The notes under the pieces are model-generated. The model had not been told where the DNA came from, did not search any database, and saw only the letters and a list, made by a program, of their open reading frames with translations. The position numbers and the translations under genes were made by a program. Of a stretch of 64,000 nt of DNA, positions 40,355-51,164 are shown piece after piece. Every line of letters starts with the position of its first letter. The first letter of the stretch is position 1. Source of the DNA: Rubripirellula sp. (lineage in GTDB: Bacteria; Planctomycetota; Planctomycetia; Pirellulales; Pirellulaceae); contig OZ244207.1 of the NCBI GenBank assembly GCA_965216875.1, positions 7,808,001 to 7,872,000 on the forward strand, written 5' to 3'.

Positions 40355-41968
40355 CTACAAGGCTGCTTTCCAACCCGCATCAAGTTGTTTGCGAAGCTTG
40401 GCGACAACATCAGGATGCTGGTCGGCAATGTTCTTCGTCTCGGTGGGATCGGTTTGGTGATCAAACAATTCAGTGTAAACCGGCTCGGCCGTTGCATCAC
40501 GCCAATCTCGCCAAAGCACGAGGCGGTACCGATCCGTTCGCATGGTGTATCCCATCAGGTGCTGTTCAAAAAACTCGCGGTTCCACTTTGTACCTTGTTG
40601 GTCGATGATTCGCGTTTCGACCTGTTTGATCAGCGGTCCAAACCAGGTTTCTCGCATGCCTTGTGAAAGCGGGTTGGCTGCCCATTCACGAAGTGCGGGG
40701 TTGGGGTATTGGCTGAACGCCGCCTTTTTCCACGGTTTGTTCGGATCATCCAGCAAGGGCACAAAACTGTGGCCCTCGATATGCTCGGGGACGGGAACGC
40801 CAGCCAGTTCACAGAGCGTCGGGTACATGTCAACGAGTTCCACCAGTGCGTCCGTCTTGTGTCCACGCGTCTTCATGTCGGGCGTCCAGATCATCAAGGG
40901 CACGCGGGTGGCAATTTCGTAGTTCGTGGCTTTGCCCCAAACGCCCATGTCGCCAAGGTGCCAGCCGTGATCACCCCAAACGATAATGATCGTGTTGTCG
41001 CGAACGCCGGCTTCTTCAAGAGCCTCGACCATCATGCCGATTTGAGCATCGACGTAGCTGACGCAAGCAAGGTAGGCGTGCATCAAGGTGGTCGATAGTT
41101 CATCGCCCAGCGGTCCGATCTTCGGTATGCCCGCCCGTGTTCGCAGTTCGAACGAGGCGTGCAAACCCATCGCCGCACCGCCGTCGGGGGCGTCGGTTTG
41201 CGTGGCGAGTGGAATATCGTTTCGATCGTAAAGATCCCAATATTTCTTTGGCGCGACCCAATTGAGGTGTGGCTTTTTGAATCCGAGTGCAAGGAAAAAT
41301 GGCTTGTCTTTGTCATCCACCATCTGCTTCATGGTTTCGATGGCAAGTAGCGTGTTGTAACCATCGATGTAGGCGTGGTCGGGGACATCAGCCATTTCGT
41401 AGGCTGGGCCGGCCGCCAGACCTCGGCGTGCCGCCTCGCCATATTTCGCCAACATCTTTTTCATGTTGTCGGCTTTCATTTTGTTGTTCTCGGGAAGTGC
41501 ATAAGCGCCAACCGGCTTTTTGACTCCGCGAATCCACTTGACGGGCCTTCGGCTCCACGAGTTTTCTTCGTCTGTATCGCCTTGATGAAACACCTTGCCA
41601 CAGTAGACCGTTTCGTAACCGTGGCCGATCAAATGTTGTGGCAACGTGACGATGTTCGGTCGTAGCTCGCGCAGGGCAACATAATTGTGAGTCAGGCCTG
41701 TGGTGTCGGGGCGCGCTCCGGTCATCAAGCTGGCACGCGATGGACGGCAAATCGCCTGTTGGCAGTAGGCCCGATTGAACAACAAACCGTCTTTGGCCAA
41801 CGCATCGAGGTTGGGTGAAATCGCGACTTGAGAACCGTAGCAACCGAGTTCCGGGCGCAGGTCGTCGATGGCGATAAACAAGATGTTGGGTTTGTCTGCC
41901 CTGGCTGAAGGTGCCAGCGCCAACGCGGCAACCATTGCCACAAGAATGAACGACAACCTCTGCGACAA
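40355..41968 (-). CDS. Sulfatase (iduronate-2-sulfatase-like)
   Basis: PNILFIAIDDLRP, CRPSRASLMTG, GFKKPHL, WGDHGWHLGD. Start approximate. Confidence 0.93.
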   Translation of the reverse strand: MSQRLSFILVAMVAALALAPSARADKPNILFIAIDDLRPELGCYGSQVAISPNLDALAKDGLLFNRAYCQQAICRPSRASLMTGARPDTTGLTHNYVALRELRPNIVTLPQHLIGHGYETVYCGKVFHQGDTDEENSWSRRPVKWIRGVKKPVGAYALPENNKMKADNMKKMLAKYGEAARRGLAAGPAYEMADVPDHAYIDGYNTLLAIETMKQMVDDKDKPFFLALGFKKPHLNWVAPKKYWDLYDRNDIPLATQTDAPDGGAAMGLHASFELRTRAGIPKIGPLGDELSTTLMHAYLACVSYVDAQIGMMVEALEEAGVRDNTIIIVWGDHGWHLGDMGVWGKATNYEIATRVPLMIWTPDMKTRGHKTDALVELVDMYPTLCELAGVPVPEHIEGHSFVPLLDDPNKPWKKAAFSQYPNPALREWAANPLSQGMRETWFGPLIKQVETRIIDQQGTKWNREFFEQHLMGYTMRTDRYRLVLWRDWRDATAEPVYTELFDHQTDPTETKNIADQHPDVVAKLRKQLDAGWKAAL

Positions 41969-42074
41969 GTTTTCAAGCGGTAGGACGCGTTTGTACGACC
42001 GATTGATCTTGCCCCTCACGCGGTTGCATCCGATTCGGGGTTGGACAAACCAGCCGCAGAAGTTGCGTGATTCT

Positions 42075-43754
42075 CTAATAACCAAGGGGTTTACCTTTCT
42101 CGTAAAGCGAGTCGATTTCTTCGGGCGAAAGGACGGCGTTGAAGATGGCGAGTTCGTCGATCGTGCCATTCAAATTCCGAACCGCAAACCATGGTGTCTT
42201 TCGGAACGGCTGCCCCCAGTTGCCGATCTCGGCCGGGCCAATGTGAAGCTTGTCGGTGTAGTAGGTGTCAGTGATCTTGTGTTGACATACTTGGACGCCG
42301 TTGACGTATTGAGTAACGCGGCGGCCAGCGGGATCGTACACGGCGGCGATATGGAACCACTGGCCACTCTTTGAAATGTCCCAGATCGGTTCACTGAAAT
42401 AGACGCGGTGCAAACCTGCCGTCGTCACGATCGTTTGATCGTATTGATTGAAGTGTTGGATGTGGTGGGTGTCGTCCACCATGACCGAGAACATCAAGCA
42501 TCCGTCATCGCGGATCTGCCAGTGCGGCTCGCCGTTTTCGTAACCGTCCCCCATAAAGAGCGCGTTGTAGCGGTTTTCGAGACTGTCGATTTTGACCCAG
42601 CATGCGAAGGTGAACGATTGGAACTCGCCATCAATGCGTGTTCGCACGCGAGCACCCGGGCGATCAAATTCAAGGCCAGCCGATGAACTGCCGAATCGTC
42701 CAGACGTGCGGTTGACTGGTCCGATTATCAAACCGTCCTTGTCCGCTCCTGTATTGGCCGAATTCGAAACCACACGTTGCTTCTCGAGCTCCGCGATCGG
42801 ATAGTAGGCAATCAAGCGATCATCGTCGCGTAGTTGTTGCGAATAGGCTTTCCAACGATCAAAGCGATTTGCCTCGGCGTTTTCGTGCAGTCGGTTCAGT
42901 TCGTTCTGTGAGCTTGGGCGTTGAAGCTTGGCCGGACTCGTGCCTTCTCCTTCGAGCCACTTGCGATCTCCGGTCAAGAGGTGATCGCCGTCGTGTCGAC
43001 CGCCGCGAAGCATGATCTCGCCATCGATGACTTCGACTTGCGAAGTTTGATCGCCAACCTCGAGGGCGAACTCAGTGCCAAGATCGACGATTTCGGATTC
43101 GCCCGCCTTCACGACAAAGCCTCGCGCCGCCGGTGGGACGTTTGCGCGTAGACGACCTTCGAGAACGCGAACAGACCAATCCGATTCAACATCAAGCGTT
43201 GCAGGACCTTCAATGATCAACGTCGCGCCGCAGAAGAAGTCGATCTCGGCCAAGCCTTGTTTGAATTCGAGCCGTCCATCGGGAATGACATCCCCCTGTC
43301 GCCAGTGGTTGGCGCCCTGGGCCCACTGTAAATCGACGACACGTCGAAGCGTTGCGTGGCCAGCGATCGCGGTTTCGGACTCGTCGCGCGCCTCAGCCGA
43401 GGGTTGCTGAGGTGATGCTGTGGCGATTTGGTTTTCGTTAGAGGCCTGGCTGCGCCCAATCAGAAAGGCCGCGCCGCCAACGATCAGCAAAACGGTTGCT
43501 GCAATTGCCAGGACGGAAAGCGAGAAGAAATTCCATACCGAGTTGTTGGGGCTCGACTGCAACGGGTCCATCGTTGCGATGTCGTCTTCATTGTCGGCGA
43601 TTTCGCCTAATGACTCACAAAGACGAACCGCGCGCAGGTATTCACTACGAACTTCTTCGTCCTGTTCAATCTTGTCTTGTAACCGTTCAAAGTCTTCGGC
43701 GCTGATCGTTTGGTCGATCGCTTGAAAGATCAGTTTGCGAATGTTGCTATCCAT
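42075..43754 (-). CDS. FecR-domain anti-sigma factor with a C-terminal LamG-like domain
   Basis: N-terminal helical domain, one TM, IIEGPA...VDLGTEF (FecR-like), C-terminal FACWVK...WFHIAAVYD...GTIDELAIF. Confidence 0.88.
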   Translation of the reverse strand: MDSNIRKLIFQAIDQTISAEDFERLQDKIEQDEEVRSEYLRAVRLCESLGEIADNEDDIATMDPLQSSPNNSVWNFFSLSVLAIAATVLLIVGGAAFLIGRSQASNENQIATASPQQPSAEARDESETAIAGHATLRRVVDLQWAQGANHWRQGDVIPDGRLEFKQGLAEIDFFCGATLIIEGPATLDVESDWSVRVLEGRLRANVPPAARGFVVKAGESEIVDLGTEFALEVGDQTSQVEVIDGEIMLRGGRHDGDHLLTGDRKWLEGEGTSPAKLQRPSSQNELNRLHENAEANRFDRWKAYSQQLRDDDRLIAYYPIAELEKQRVVSNSANTGADKDGLIIGPVNRTSGRFGSSSAGLEFDRPGARVRTRIDGEFQSFTFACWVKIDSLENRYNALFMGDGYENGEPHWQIRDDGCLMFSVMVDDTHHIQHFNQYDQTIVTTAGLHRVYFSEPIWDISKSGQWFHIAAVYDPAGRRVTQYVNGVQVCQHKITDTYYTDKLHIGPAEIGNWGQPFRKTPWFAVRNLNGTIDELAIFNAVLSPEEIDSLYEKGKPLGY

Positions 43755-44361
43755 GCCCCACCTCCCCAATGAGTCGTTGCTGAACACATTCGAGCAAGTG
43801 CTTGCGAAGCACATTCACCCGGTTGTACAGCCGTCGTGCCTTTTGTCCTGTTTCGGCGGCGATCAAGGCAACCGATTCGCCAGGTGAATGGACGCTCAAC
43901 ACGAGGCGTCGGTGATCGTCTTGCATTTTGCCAAGGCACTGCTCGATGGCGGCCCGCTCGGCGTCCTGACGATCGAGGTTGGTCATCGCGGTCTGCGCCA
44001 ATTGGTCGATGACACCTTCACGGAACACGAGCCGGTCGCGTCCTTTATCACGCTGCCAACTGAGTGCCTTGTACCGTGCAATCACACACGCCCAGCGGAT
44101 GAATTCGTCGACTGCCGATTGGGGATCGGAGGGAGAGAAGTCGTCGAACTTTTTCCAGCACTCGAGCGCGGTTTCCTGCATCACGTCGTCGACCCCGTCA
44201 CGCGTTGGCAGAAGCGATCTGACAAATCGACGTATCGATTGATCGTGCCGAGCCAATAACGCGACGTAGTCGTTGTAGCGGGCTTCCCGATCGATCGCCC
44301 CCGAGGAGGCATGGGCGAGATCGTCTTGCGGGGCGGAAGGCGTGTTTTGCGGGGTGTCCAT
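43747..44361 (-). CDS. ECF sigma-70 factor (Rhodopirellula/Verrucomicrobium type)
   Basis: RRFVRSLLP, DDVMQET, FIRWACVIARY, region 4 helix-turn-helix; overlaps the anti-sigma start. Confidence 0.92.
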   Translation of the reverse strand: MDTPQNTPSAPQDDLAHASSGAIDREARYNDYVALLARHDQSIRRFVRSLLPTRDGVDDVMQETALECWKKFDDFSPSDPQSAVDEFIRWACVIARYKALSWQRDKGRDRLVFREGVIDQLAQTAMTNLDRQDAERAAIEQCLGKMQDDHRRLVLSVHSPGESVALIAAETGQKARRLYNRVNVLRKHLLECVQQRLIGEVGHG

Positions 44362-44509
44362 CGTATCGCTGCGGTGAGGTGACACTGGGATATTCCAGTT
44401 ATCCCACAAATTACCAGCGAGACGAAAAAGATTTTTTCGCGGGCCGAACCGCGGTCCGTCTGTCTGCCAACGTTCCGTGACACTCCCACTTGGTCACCGT
44501 TTGTGTCCC

Positions 44510-45964
44510 TTATTCGAAGGCCTCGTCATAGTCGGGCATTTGGGCCTTGTTCCATTGGTCTCGAGCCCGCAGGTCGTGGAACCAGCGGGGGGCCTGGTGA
44601 TTCTGGCTCCACTGTTTGGCTGCAGCGACGAGCTGACGCACTAAGTCAGGATGCTGCTTGCTGAGATCACGGCGTTCGCCGATGTCGTCATCGAGGTTGA
44701 ACAGTTTCCAAGGGCCTTTGCTATCTCGGCAGGCTTTCCAAGGACCTTGCCGCACCCCCACTTCACTGAAGCCGTCACGGTAGCGAAGCGCAAAGATCTT
44801 GGAATCGCCTCGCGGGTCTTTGCCGGCGATAAAGTCCGACCAGATGTTGCGTCCGTCAAGTTGTTTGTCGGCTGCGATTTCGCCGCCAGCCAGTCCGGTC
44901 AGTGTTGGATAAAGGTCGAGTGCCGAGATGGGGTGATCAAACTTGACGGCTGCAGGAACATGACCTGGCCAGTGGAAAAACATCGGAACGCGACATCCGC
45001 CTTCGTACACACTTCCCTTTCCGCGAGCCAACGGAACGTTGCTGGCACCGGCTGACGTTTTGCCACCGTTGTCGCTAAAGAAAATGATCAATGTGTTTTC
45101 ATATTGCCCCGTTTCTTTGAGTGCAGCGACGACTCTTCCCACGCCGCGATCGACCGCGTGAACCATGGCGGCGTAGGTTCGGCGTTTCGTGTCTTTGATG
45201 TTGCTGTAATGTTTGAGGTCTTCCTCTTTTGCTTCCAGCGGCGTGTGCGGTGCGTTGTAGGCTAGGTAAAGAAAAAACGGTTTTTCTTGCTTTGCCGCTT
45301 TTCGAACGAAGCGATCGGCTTCGCGCGACAGACCGTCGGTCATGTATTCGGTTTCTTCAACTTGTTTGCCATTGAGTTCCAATGGCGTGACATATTCGTT
45401 GATATGAGTCTTGGCGGCTCGGCTTTGGCGTTCGTAAATCGGACCGTATCGCTCGGGAAAGTACATGTGGCCTCCGCCAAGGAAGCCGTAGTGTTCGTCG
45501 AATCCGCGCACATTGGGATGGTAGGGTTTGCCAAAACCGAGATGCCATTTGCCGACCGCGATGGTGTAGTAGCCCGCTTGCTGAAGGACTTCGCTGATCA
45601 GTTTCTCGTTCGACGGGATGCCCCGTTTGTTGTACGCGTCGATGCCAAGCCCATAGGGTGGAAGATTAAAGGCACCACCAAACGCATGAGCGTAGCGACC
45701 GGTCATTAACCCCATTCGGCTCGGGCCACAAAAGGGGTGCGACACGTAGGCTGAGGTGCAGATGGTTCCGCCGCGGGCCAGTGCGTCCAATTCCGGTGTC
45801 TGAATGTCTCGGCATCCATTGAAGCCGACATCGCCATAACCAAGGTCATCGCACAAGACCAACAGCACGTTTGGTCGTGTGGCGGGCGTCTCCGCTCGGC
45901 AGGAATTGGCTGCAACGACGGCGACCACCAGGCAGGCAACAGCGGAGGTTCGAAAAAACGGCAT
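44510..45964 (-). CDS. Sulfatase (arylsulfatase family)
   Basis: PNVLLVLCDDLGY, CGPSRMGLMTG, GKWHLG, YNAPHTP, SDNGG. Confidence 0.95.
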   Translation of the reverse strand: MPFFRTSAVACLVVAVVAANSCRAETPATRPNVLLVLCDDLGYGDVGFNGCRDIQTPELDALARGGTICTSAYVSHPFCGPSRMGLMTGRYAHAFGGAFNLPPYGLGIDAYNKRGIPSNEKLISEVLQQAGYYTIAVGKWHLGFGKPYHPNVRGFDEHYGFLGGGHMYFPERYGPIYERQSRAAKTHINEYVTPLELNGKQVEETEYMTDGLSREADRFVRKAAKQEKPFFLYLAYNAPHTPLEAKEEDLKHYSNIKDTKRRTYAAMVHAVDRGVGRVVAALKETGQYENTLIIFFSDNGGKTSAGASNVPLARGKGSVYEGGCRVPMFFHWPGHVPAAVKFDHPISALDLYPTLTGLAGGEIAADKQLDGRNIWSDFIAGKDPRGDSKIFALRYRDGFSEVGVRQGPWKACRDSKGPWKLFNLDDDIGERRDLSKQHPDLVRQLVAAAKQWSQNHQAPRWFHDLRARDQWNKAQMPDYDEAFE

Positions 45965-46100
45965 AGGGCGGAGACTCGTTGGAATGGGCGTGTGGTGGTG
46001 GTTACCTGACTATTCCGCGAGAGCCGAGATTTACCACCGGATTCTGACTGCAGTCGACGCGACTCCACGAGACAGGCCCTCGCATTCTCCGGCGCATGCC

Positions 46101-47378
46101 CTAAAGCACCGGCAGCAGGTCGCCGTCACCATCAAAACGGAGTGGTGCTGGCTCGGTGAGGGGCTGGAGGTCGTCCCGCTCGCGGGCCTCGTTCCAAAAC
46201 GCTTCGCTGCAGTTCAATTCTGAAATGTGAAGCGTGTCGAGAATCCACATCCATTTCACTTCATGAATCGGCGTGCGACCAACTTGCGACATGATCGCAT
46301 GAAGGACCTCGCGATCACTGTCGAAATGGATCGGGACAGCACCGGCGGTTGCATGGCCACTTGTGACGCAGTTGATGCGAGTCGTTTCGTGGTCCATGGC
46401 GTCAACGACTCGGCGATGACAGTATTCCGATGCTCCGATCCCACAGGCGTTGCCTGCCGATTTCTTGGTTAGCGACCGAACGTAGATCTCGCGAATTTTC
46501 GGAAACTCGTCAGGCCCCGCACAACGGTCGCTCGCTTTTCGACCGACGACGTTCGTGTCCATCCCCATTCCCGAGATCTCTTTTCCAATCTGGTCGACGA
46601 CAAGCAAGTCCGCTCGTTCGAAGGGCAATCGTGGCATGCGTTGACGAGCCAAAGCGAGAAGCTGCGGTTCATCGCTCAGAAAACGCTCTGGCTCAATCGC
46701 CCGGATCAATGACGTTTGGTCGAAGGCATCTTCGACAATGGCGATGCCCAGCGAGATTGGCATCTTGTCGACGATCTGGGGGATGACTTTCGGCAGCAAG
46801 TTGTCGAGGCTATAGGCGTAGTCAGCAAACGTTTGGTGGTAGAGCTTTGCCCCGAGATGTTTGCCTAGCCCGATCATCAACATTTTTGACAGACCGCTTT
46901 CAATGGAACCAATCAATCGAGTGTGCGGCTTGACTCGATTGACGACGATCACATGGTCGGCTCGGCTTGATGCTTCGTCGAAATGGATCTTGAGTCCATC
47001 CTCGGTCCGTCCAACTTCGACGGTTTCCATTGAGGAGACGATCGGGCATCCCATCGATTCTGCATCGATCCCGAACGAAGCCAGCATTGCCGCTTGACCA
47101 GGCCCCGTTGCACCGCCATGACTCCCCATCGCCGGAACGATAAAGGGCTCGCCACCCATCTGCCGAACGGTCGAAACAATCGACCTGATGATTTCGGCAA
47201 TGTTGGAGATGCCACGACTGCCGGCGGTAATGGCAACGGATTGGCCAGCAGTCAGCTTTTGCGGAAGCGATGAACTGGCGATCGACTCTCGAACGGATGT
47301 TTCGATGTCATCAATCGCGTGCGCAGCGAAGTTCTGACGCACTCGGAAAAACTTTGGAAGCTCACCTGCAGTCGTCAC
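46101..47378 (-). CDS. Lactate-racemase (LarA)-like N-terminal domain protein (DUF2088/DUF362-type)
   Basis: TAGSRGI, IVPAMGSHGGAT, NRVKPHT, KMLMIGLGK, IGKEISGMGMDTNVVGR. Confidence 0.75.
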   Translation of the reverse strand: MTTAGELPKFFRVRQNFAAHAIDDIETSVRESIASSSLPQKLTAGQSVAITAGSRGISNIAEIIRSIVSTVRQMGGEPFIVPAMGSHGGATGPGQAAMLASFGIDAESMGCPIVSSMETVEVGRTEDGLKIHFDEASSRADHVIVVNRVKPHTRLIGSIESGLSKMLMIGLGKHLGAKLYHQTFADYAYSLDNLLPKVIPQIVDKMPISLGIAIVEDAFDQTSLIRAIEPERFLSDEPQLLALARQRMPRLPFERADLLVVDQIGKEISGMGMDTNVVGRKASDRCAGPDEFPKIREIYVRSLTKKSAGNACGIGASEYCHRRVVDAMDHETTRINCVTSGHATAGAVPIHFDSDREVLHAIMSQVGRTPIHEVKWMWILDTLHISELNCSEAFWNEARERDDLQPLTEPAPLRFDGDGDLLPVL

Positions 47379-47379
47379 G

Positions 47380-49179
47380 CTAACGCAGCTCCAGCGGGTT
47401 GATTTGAAGTTGTGGACGCAGTTGCTTCAATCTCGCGACTCCGTTGTTGGAGACCTGAGTGCGTTGGAGATCAACGGCACTCAGTTTTCGCATGCGAGCG
47501 ATTGTGTCGATCGATTCGTCGGTCACTTGGCTTCCGGTCATCCAAAGCACTTCCACATTAGGATGTTTGGCAATCGCTGCGATGGCCGAGTCGCCAACTC
47601 GGGTGAAGCTCAAGTCAATCTCTTGCAAGTTGCTTGCCTTGGAAAGCCACGCGTCTAAGCCGGCATCGATTCCCGTTTGCTCGAGTGACAATTGCGTGAC
47701 GCTGGCGGGGTTAGGTGCGAGCCGCGCGACCGTTTGGTTCCCGGCGGCGCCGATGCGTGAGAGGTCAAGCCAATCCAGCGATGCCGAGGGTGTGATGTTT
47801 GAAAGCCCTTTGCCGGTGATCAGGCAATCGACCAAACAAAGGCGTTTGAGTTCAGCGCGATTGGGGTTGGTCGACACGTGGGGGTCGGTGATCTTGAGGA
47901 AGTCAACAAGTTCTCGTTCCGGCGATTGTGGGAGCCGACCCGAGGGCAGGTCCGTTTTGATGCGATAGGTGTCGGCGAGTTGTTTGTAGATCCATTGCCT
48001 TGCGCGGTGGTCACCACCATCGAGCAGGTGATGCGTTTGGGCGATCGCATGCGCATAAAAACGCGCGATGTCTTGGCGTCTTTGAACGGCTTGTCGGCCG
48101 TCGTTGGTGAGCTCTGGCATCGGCATCATGTCGCGTCCCGCGAGGACTCGATAGCGTGCATACTGCAACCTTGATGAATCCCAGCCACCGACGGTAGCCA
48201 TGGTGGGACCGATGTCGAGCGATTCGAAGTAGCCCGCAATCCCTTCGACCAGCCAGAAGCCGCTTTGTTCGGCTGGCATACCGTTACCGAGTTGGCTGCG
48301 CGTTGCTTCGCGAAAAAGTTGATGGACCACTTCGTGTCGCCGAGTGGCTGCATCGTCGTTTTCACTCGCGTAAAGAAAGATCGTCTGATTGTCGTCGCTG
48401 TAAAAACCGGTTGATCGTTCGACACCAGGGACGACGGGTGAAAGCTTGTTTTTGTATTCGGCCGCGTTGCGGAACAAGACGACACGCATTTTTCGGCGAA
48501 TCGAAATGCGCGCCGTCTTCTTGGTTTGCAGAAACGCGTCAAGACTTTGTGTGGGCGGCACGGACGAAAGCGTCCCGGAGACCTGAGCACTTCCTTCCCA
48601 AAGCGGAAAGAACATTTGCGTCCAAATCCAATAGCAGCGTTCGAGGTCTTCGGTAACACGCCTGCTCTCTGCCGCCGGTGCTCGCGTGTAGATCGAAAAA
48701 TGCGGGCTGTCGATTTGTTGGTACGTTCCCGCTCGCCAGCCAAGCCAAGAGGGGGCCGACCTGCCACGGCGAGTGTTCAATCGCGCGGTCGTGCTTTGTG
48801 GTAGCCCCAGGTAGCGCCGGATGGCGACACTGTCGGGGTTGGCGGAAAACTCGCGCCACAATCGAATGTAGGATTTCCAACCGGCCGAGGCCTCGTCACC
48901 GAATCGAACGTCCGCGAACTCGCGTTGAGCCTTCGCAACTTTGGTTTCACCGTCGTCGTTTGCCTTGGTTTTCGGATCGGCGGTAGATGGGGGCACCACA
49001 AAACTGGTTCGGTCGACCCTGGCAACTCCGTCAACGCGTGCAGATTGAGCTTGGCAGTCGGCCGAATCGCCCAGCGAGCCTCCGACCAGTGAAGCTCCAA
49101 CCATCGAGACAAAGCTGACGAGCAAAAGCCAAGCGGCTCTGCCCGGTCGTCGATCGGCACGAAAAAATGTTTGCGTCAT
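47380..49179 (-). CDS. DUF1570-like zincin (HExxH) domain plus C-terminal LRR, exported
   Basis: N-terminal hydrophobic segment, TGFYS, RHEVVHQL, WLVEGIAGYFE, then LRR units. Confidence 0.7.
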   Translation of the reverse strand: MTQTFFRADRRPGRAAWLLLVSFVSMVGASLVGGSLGDSADCQAQSARVDGVARVDRTSFVVPPSTADPKTKANDDGETKVAKAQREFADVRFGDEASAGWKSYIRLWREFSANPDSVAIRRYLGLPQSTTARLNTRRGRSAPSWLGWRAGTYQQIDSPHFSIYTRAPAAESRRVTEDLERCYWIWTQMFFPLWEGSAQVSGTLSSVPPTQSLDAFLQTKKTARISIRRKMRVVLFRNAAEYKNKLSPVVPGVERSTGFYSDDNQTIFLYASENDDAATRRHEVVHQLFREATRSQLGNGMPAEQSGFWLVEGIAGYFESLDIGPTMATVGGWDSSRLQYARYRVLAGRDMMPMPELTNDGRQAVQRRQDIARFYAHAIAQTHHLLDGGDHRARQWIYKQLADTYRIKTDLPSGRLPQSPERELVDFLKITDPHVSTNPNRAELKRLCLVDCLITGKGLSNITPSASLDWLDLSRIGAAGNQTVARLAPNPASVTQLSLEQTGIDAGLDAWLSKASNLQEIDLSFTRVGDSAIAAIAKHPNVEVLWMTGSQVTDESIDTIARMRKLSAVDLQRTQVSNNGVARLKQLRPQLQINPLELR

Positions 49180-49284
49180 GCAGGCACAGCCCGAAGTGAT
49201 TCCCATGATGGCGTGGAGGCGACTATCCTATTGCAACAGAAAAGCCATCCACCACAGCGTACCCTAATGTTCCACGGATAATCG

Positions 49285-50859
49285 ATGAGAACCAGTATTC
49301 CCAAACTCAAACGTACTTCACAGGTGATTGGTCGGTTGTCGGTGCTAGCGCTCGGCCTCTTCATTTTGACAGGAATTGTCGAAATTGAACCGGTCAATGG
49401 TGCAGAACGGAACGTTTTGTTCATCATCACCGACGACGAAAGCCCCACATTGGGGTGCTATGGTGACCCGATCGCTTCGACACCTGCGATCGATGCGATT
49501 GCGAAGGACGGCATGGTCTTCCGCAATGCCTTTGCGACGACCGCGTCCTGCAGTGCCAGTCGCAGTGTGGTGATGAGTGGATTGCACAATCACCGCAATG
49601 GCCAATTTGGGCACCAGCACCACTATCACAAGTTTGCGTCCTTCCATGATGTGGTTTCACTAGCGCTACCGCGCGTGATGCAGCGTGCCGGATACCGAAC
49701 GGGCCATATCGGCAAGTACCACGTTGCCCCCGAGACGGTTTATCACTACGAAACGTACATGCGAGGCAACGCTCGCAATGCCGTTGCGATGGCCGAAACG
49801 GTCAAAGGATTTCTGACTGACAAGTCGGACGATCGCCCTTTCTTTTTGTACTTCGCGACTTCCGACCCGCATCGCGGCGGTGGCAAAGACAAGACATCCA
49901 AGTTGGAACTCAAGGCGGACCTTTTTGGGAACAAACCAAACAAGGGTTCGCACGATGGCGTCAAAGAGGTCTTCTACGATCCGGCCGATGTCGTAGTGCC
50001 ACCGTTTCTGCCCGACACGCCCGAGACGCGCGAGGAGCTTGCTCAGTACTACCAATCTTGTTCGCGAATCGATGCCGGCGTGGCTCGCCTGGTCGAGATC
50101 TTGAAGGAGGCCGATCTTTACGACAAGACGATGATTGTCTTTACCAGCGATCACGGCATGGCTTTCGCCGGCGGCAAGACGACGGTTTACGAAGGCGGCT
50201 TGCGAGTTCCAATGGTGGTGCGTGACCCCTATCAAAAGGATCGTGGTGTTCAAAGTGAAGCGATGGTCAGTCACATCGATATCACGCCCACCCTGCTCGA
50301 TTTTGCCGGTGGTCTCGATTCCAAGACGAACGCGCCCAAGAACATGCTTAACCCCAACAAGTTTTGGAAGGAACGTGGTGAGGCGCTCAAGGAAAACCGA
50401 GACGGGAACATGAAGTTCACCTCGTACCATGGAAAGTCGTGGATGCATTGCTTAGCCAATCCCAGCGACGATCATCATGAAACGATCTTTGCTTCACACA
50501 CGTTCCACGAAATCCAGATGTATTATCCGATGCGCGTCGTCCGCGACTCGAAATACAAGTTGATCTGGAATATTGCTCATCCCCTTCCCTACCCCTTTGC
50601 GTCGGACCTCTGGGCGGCAAGTAGTTGGCAAGCGCAATGGGCGAAAGGTAACGACGCACCGTACGGCAACATGACGGTTGGGCAATACGTGCAACGCCCT
50701 CAGTTTGAACTGTTCGATATTGCCGCGGATCCCTACGAAACGACCAACCTTGCCGACAGTGATGGCCACAAAGACGTGCTTGAAAAGTACAAGGCCAAAC
50801 TCAAAGCGATGCAGAAATCGATGGACGATCCGTGGATCATGAAATGGGATTATGAGTAA
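49285..50859 (+). CDS. Sulfatase, N-sulfoglucosamine sulfohydrolase (sulfamidase)-like
   Basis: NVLFIITDD, CSASRSVVMSG, GKYHV, DPHR, TSDHG, SHTFHEIQMYYPMR. Confidence 0.92.
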   Translation: MRTSIPKLKRTSQVIGRLSVLALGLFILTGIVEIEPVNGAERNVLFIITDDESPTLGCYGDPIASTPAIDAIAKDGMVFRNAFATTASCSASRSVVMSGLHNHRNGQFGHQHHYHKFASFHDVVSLALPRVMQRAGYRTGHIGKYHVAPETVYHYETYMRGNARNAVAMAETVKGFLTDKSDDRPFFLYFATSDPHRGGGKDKTSKLELKADLFGNKPNKGSHDGVKEVFYDPADVVVPPFLPDTPETREELAQYYQSCSRIDAGVARLVEILKEADLYDKTMIVFTSDHGMAFAGGKTTVYEGGLRVPMVVRDPYQKDRGVQSEAMVSHIDITPTLLDFAGGLDSKTNAPKNMLNPNKFWKERGEALKENRDGNMKFTSYHGKSWMHCLANPSDDHHETIFASHTFHEIQMYYPMRVVRDSKYKLIWNIAHPLPYPFASDLWAASSWQAQWAKGNDAPYGNMTVGQYVQRPQFELFDIAADPYETTNLADSDGHKDVLEKYKAKLKAMQKSMDDPWIMKWDYE

Positions 50860-50894
50860 GCCGGATCGAAAAGCGACGGCGACACAGATCCGAC
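50856..50894 (+). repeat. Degenerate family B REP overlapping the stop codon
   Basis: gtaagccggatcgaaaagcgacggcgacacagatccgac aligns with 5807-5845. Confidence 0.7.
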
Positions 50895-51021
50895 TTGATC
50901 TTTGGGATGCTACGCGGCAAGGTTGATTTAACGAACCCGGCCGCGTGAAGAAAGAAGGGGAACACTAATCGCCTCTGATCGACACTAATCAAAGCCGAGT
51001 GCAGTAAATGAGGCCACAGGT

Positions 51022-51129
51022 CCGGTGGCTAACGCCACCGGCAAGTATCTATCGCCCTCTGGGCTACAGTTTCAAAACACTTCTTAGCCCGGAGGGCTGC
51101 AAATCACAGCCGGCGGCGTTAGCCGACGG
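51022..51129. repeat. Inverted pair of ~45-bp REP-like units, family G
   Basis: ccggtggctaacgccaccggc...tcgccctctgggcta (51022-51066) versus tagcccggagggctg...gccggcggcgttagccgacgg (51085-51129). Confidence 0.75.
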
Positions 51130-51164
51130 TATGCTACTCAGTGTCGTCTGTGGCTTTGCAAATC

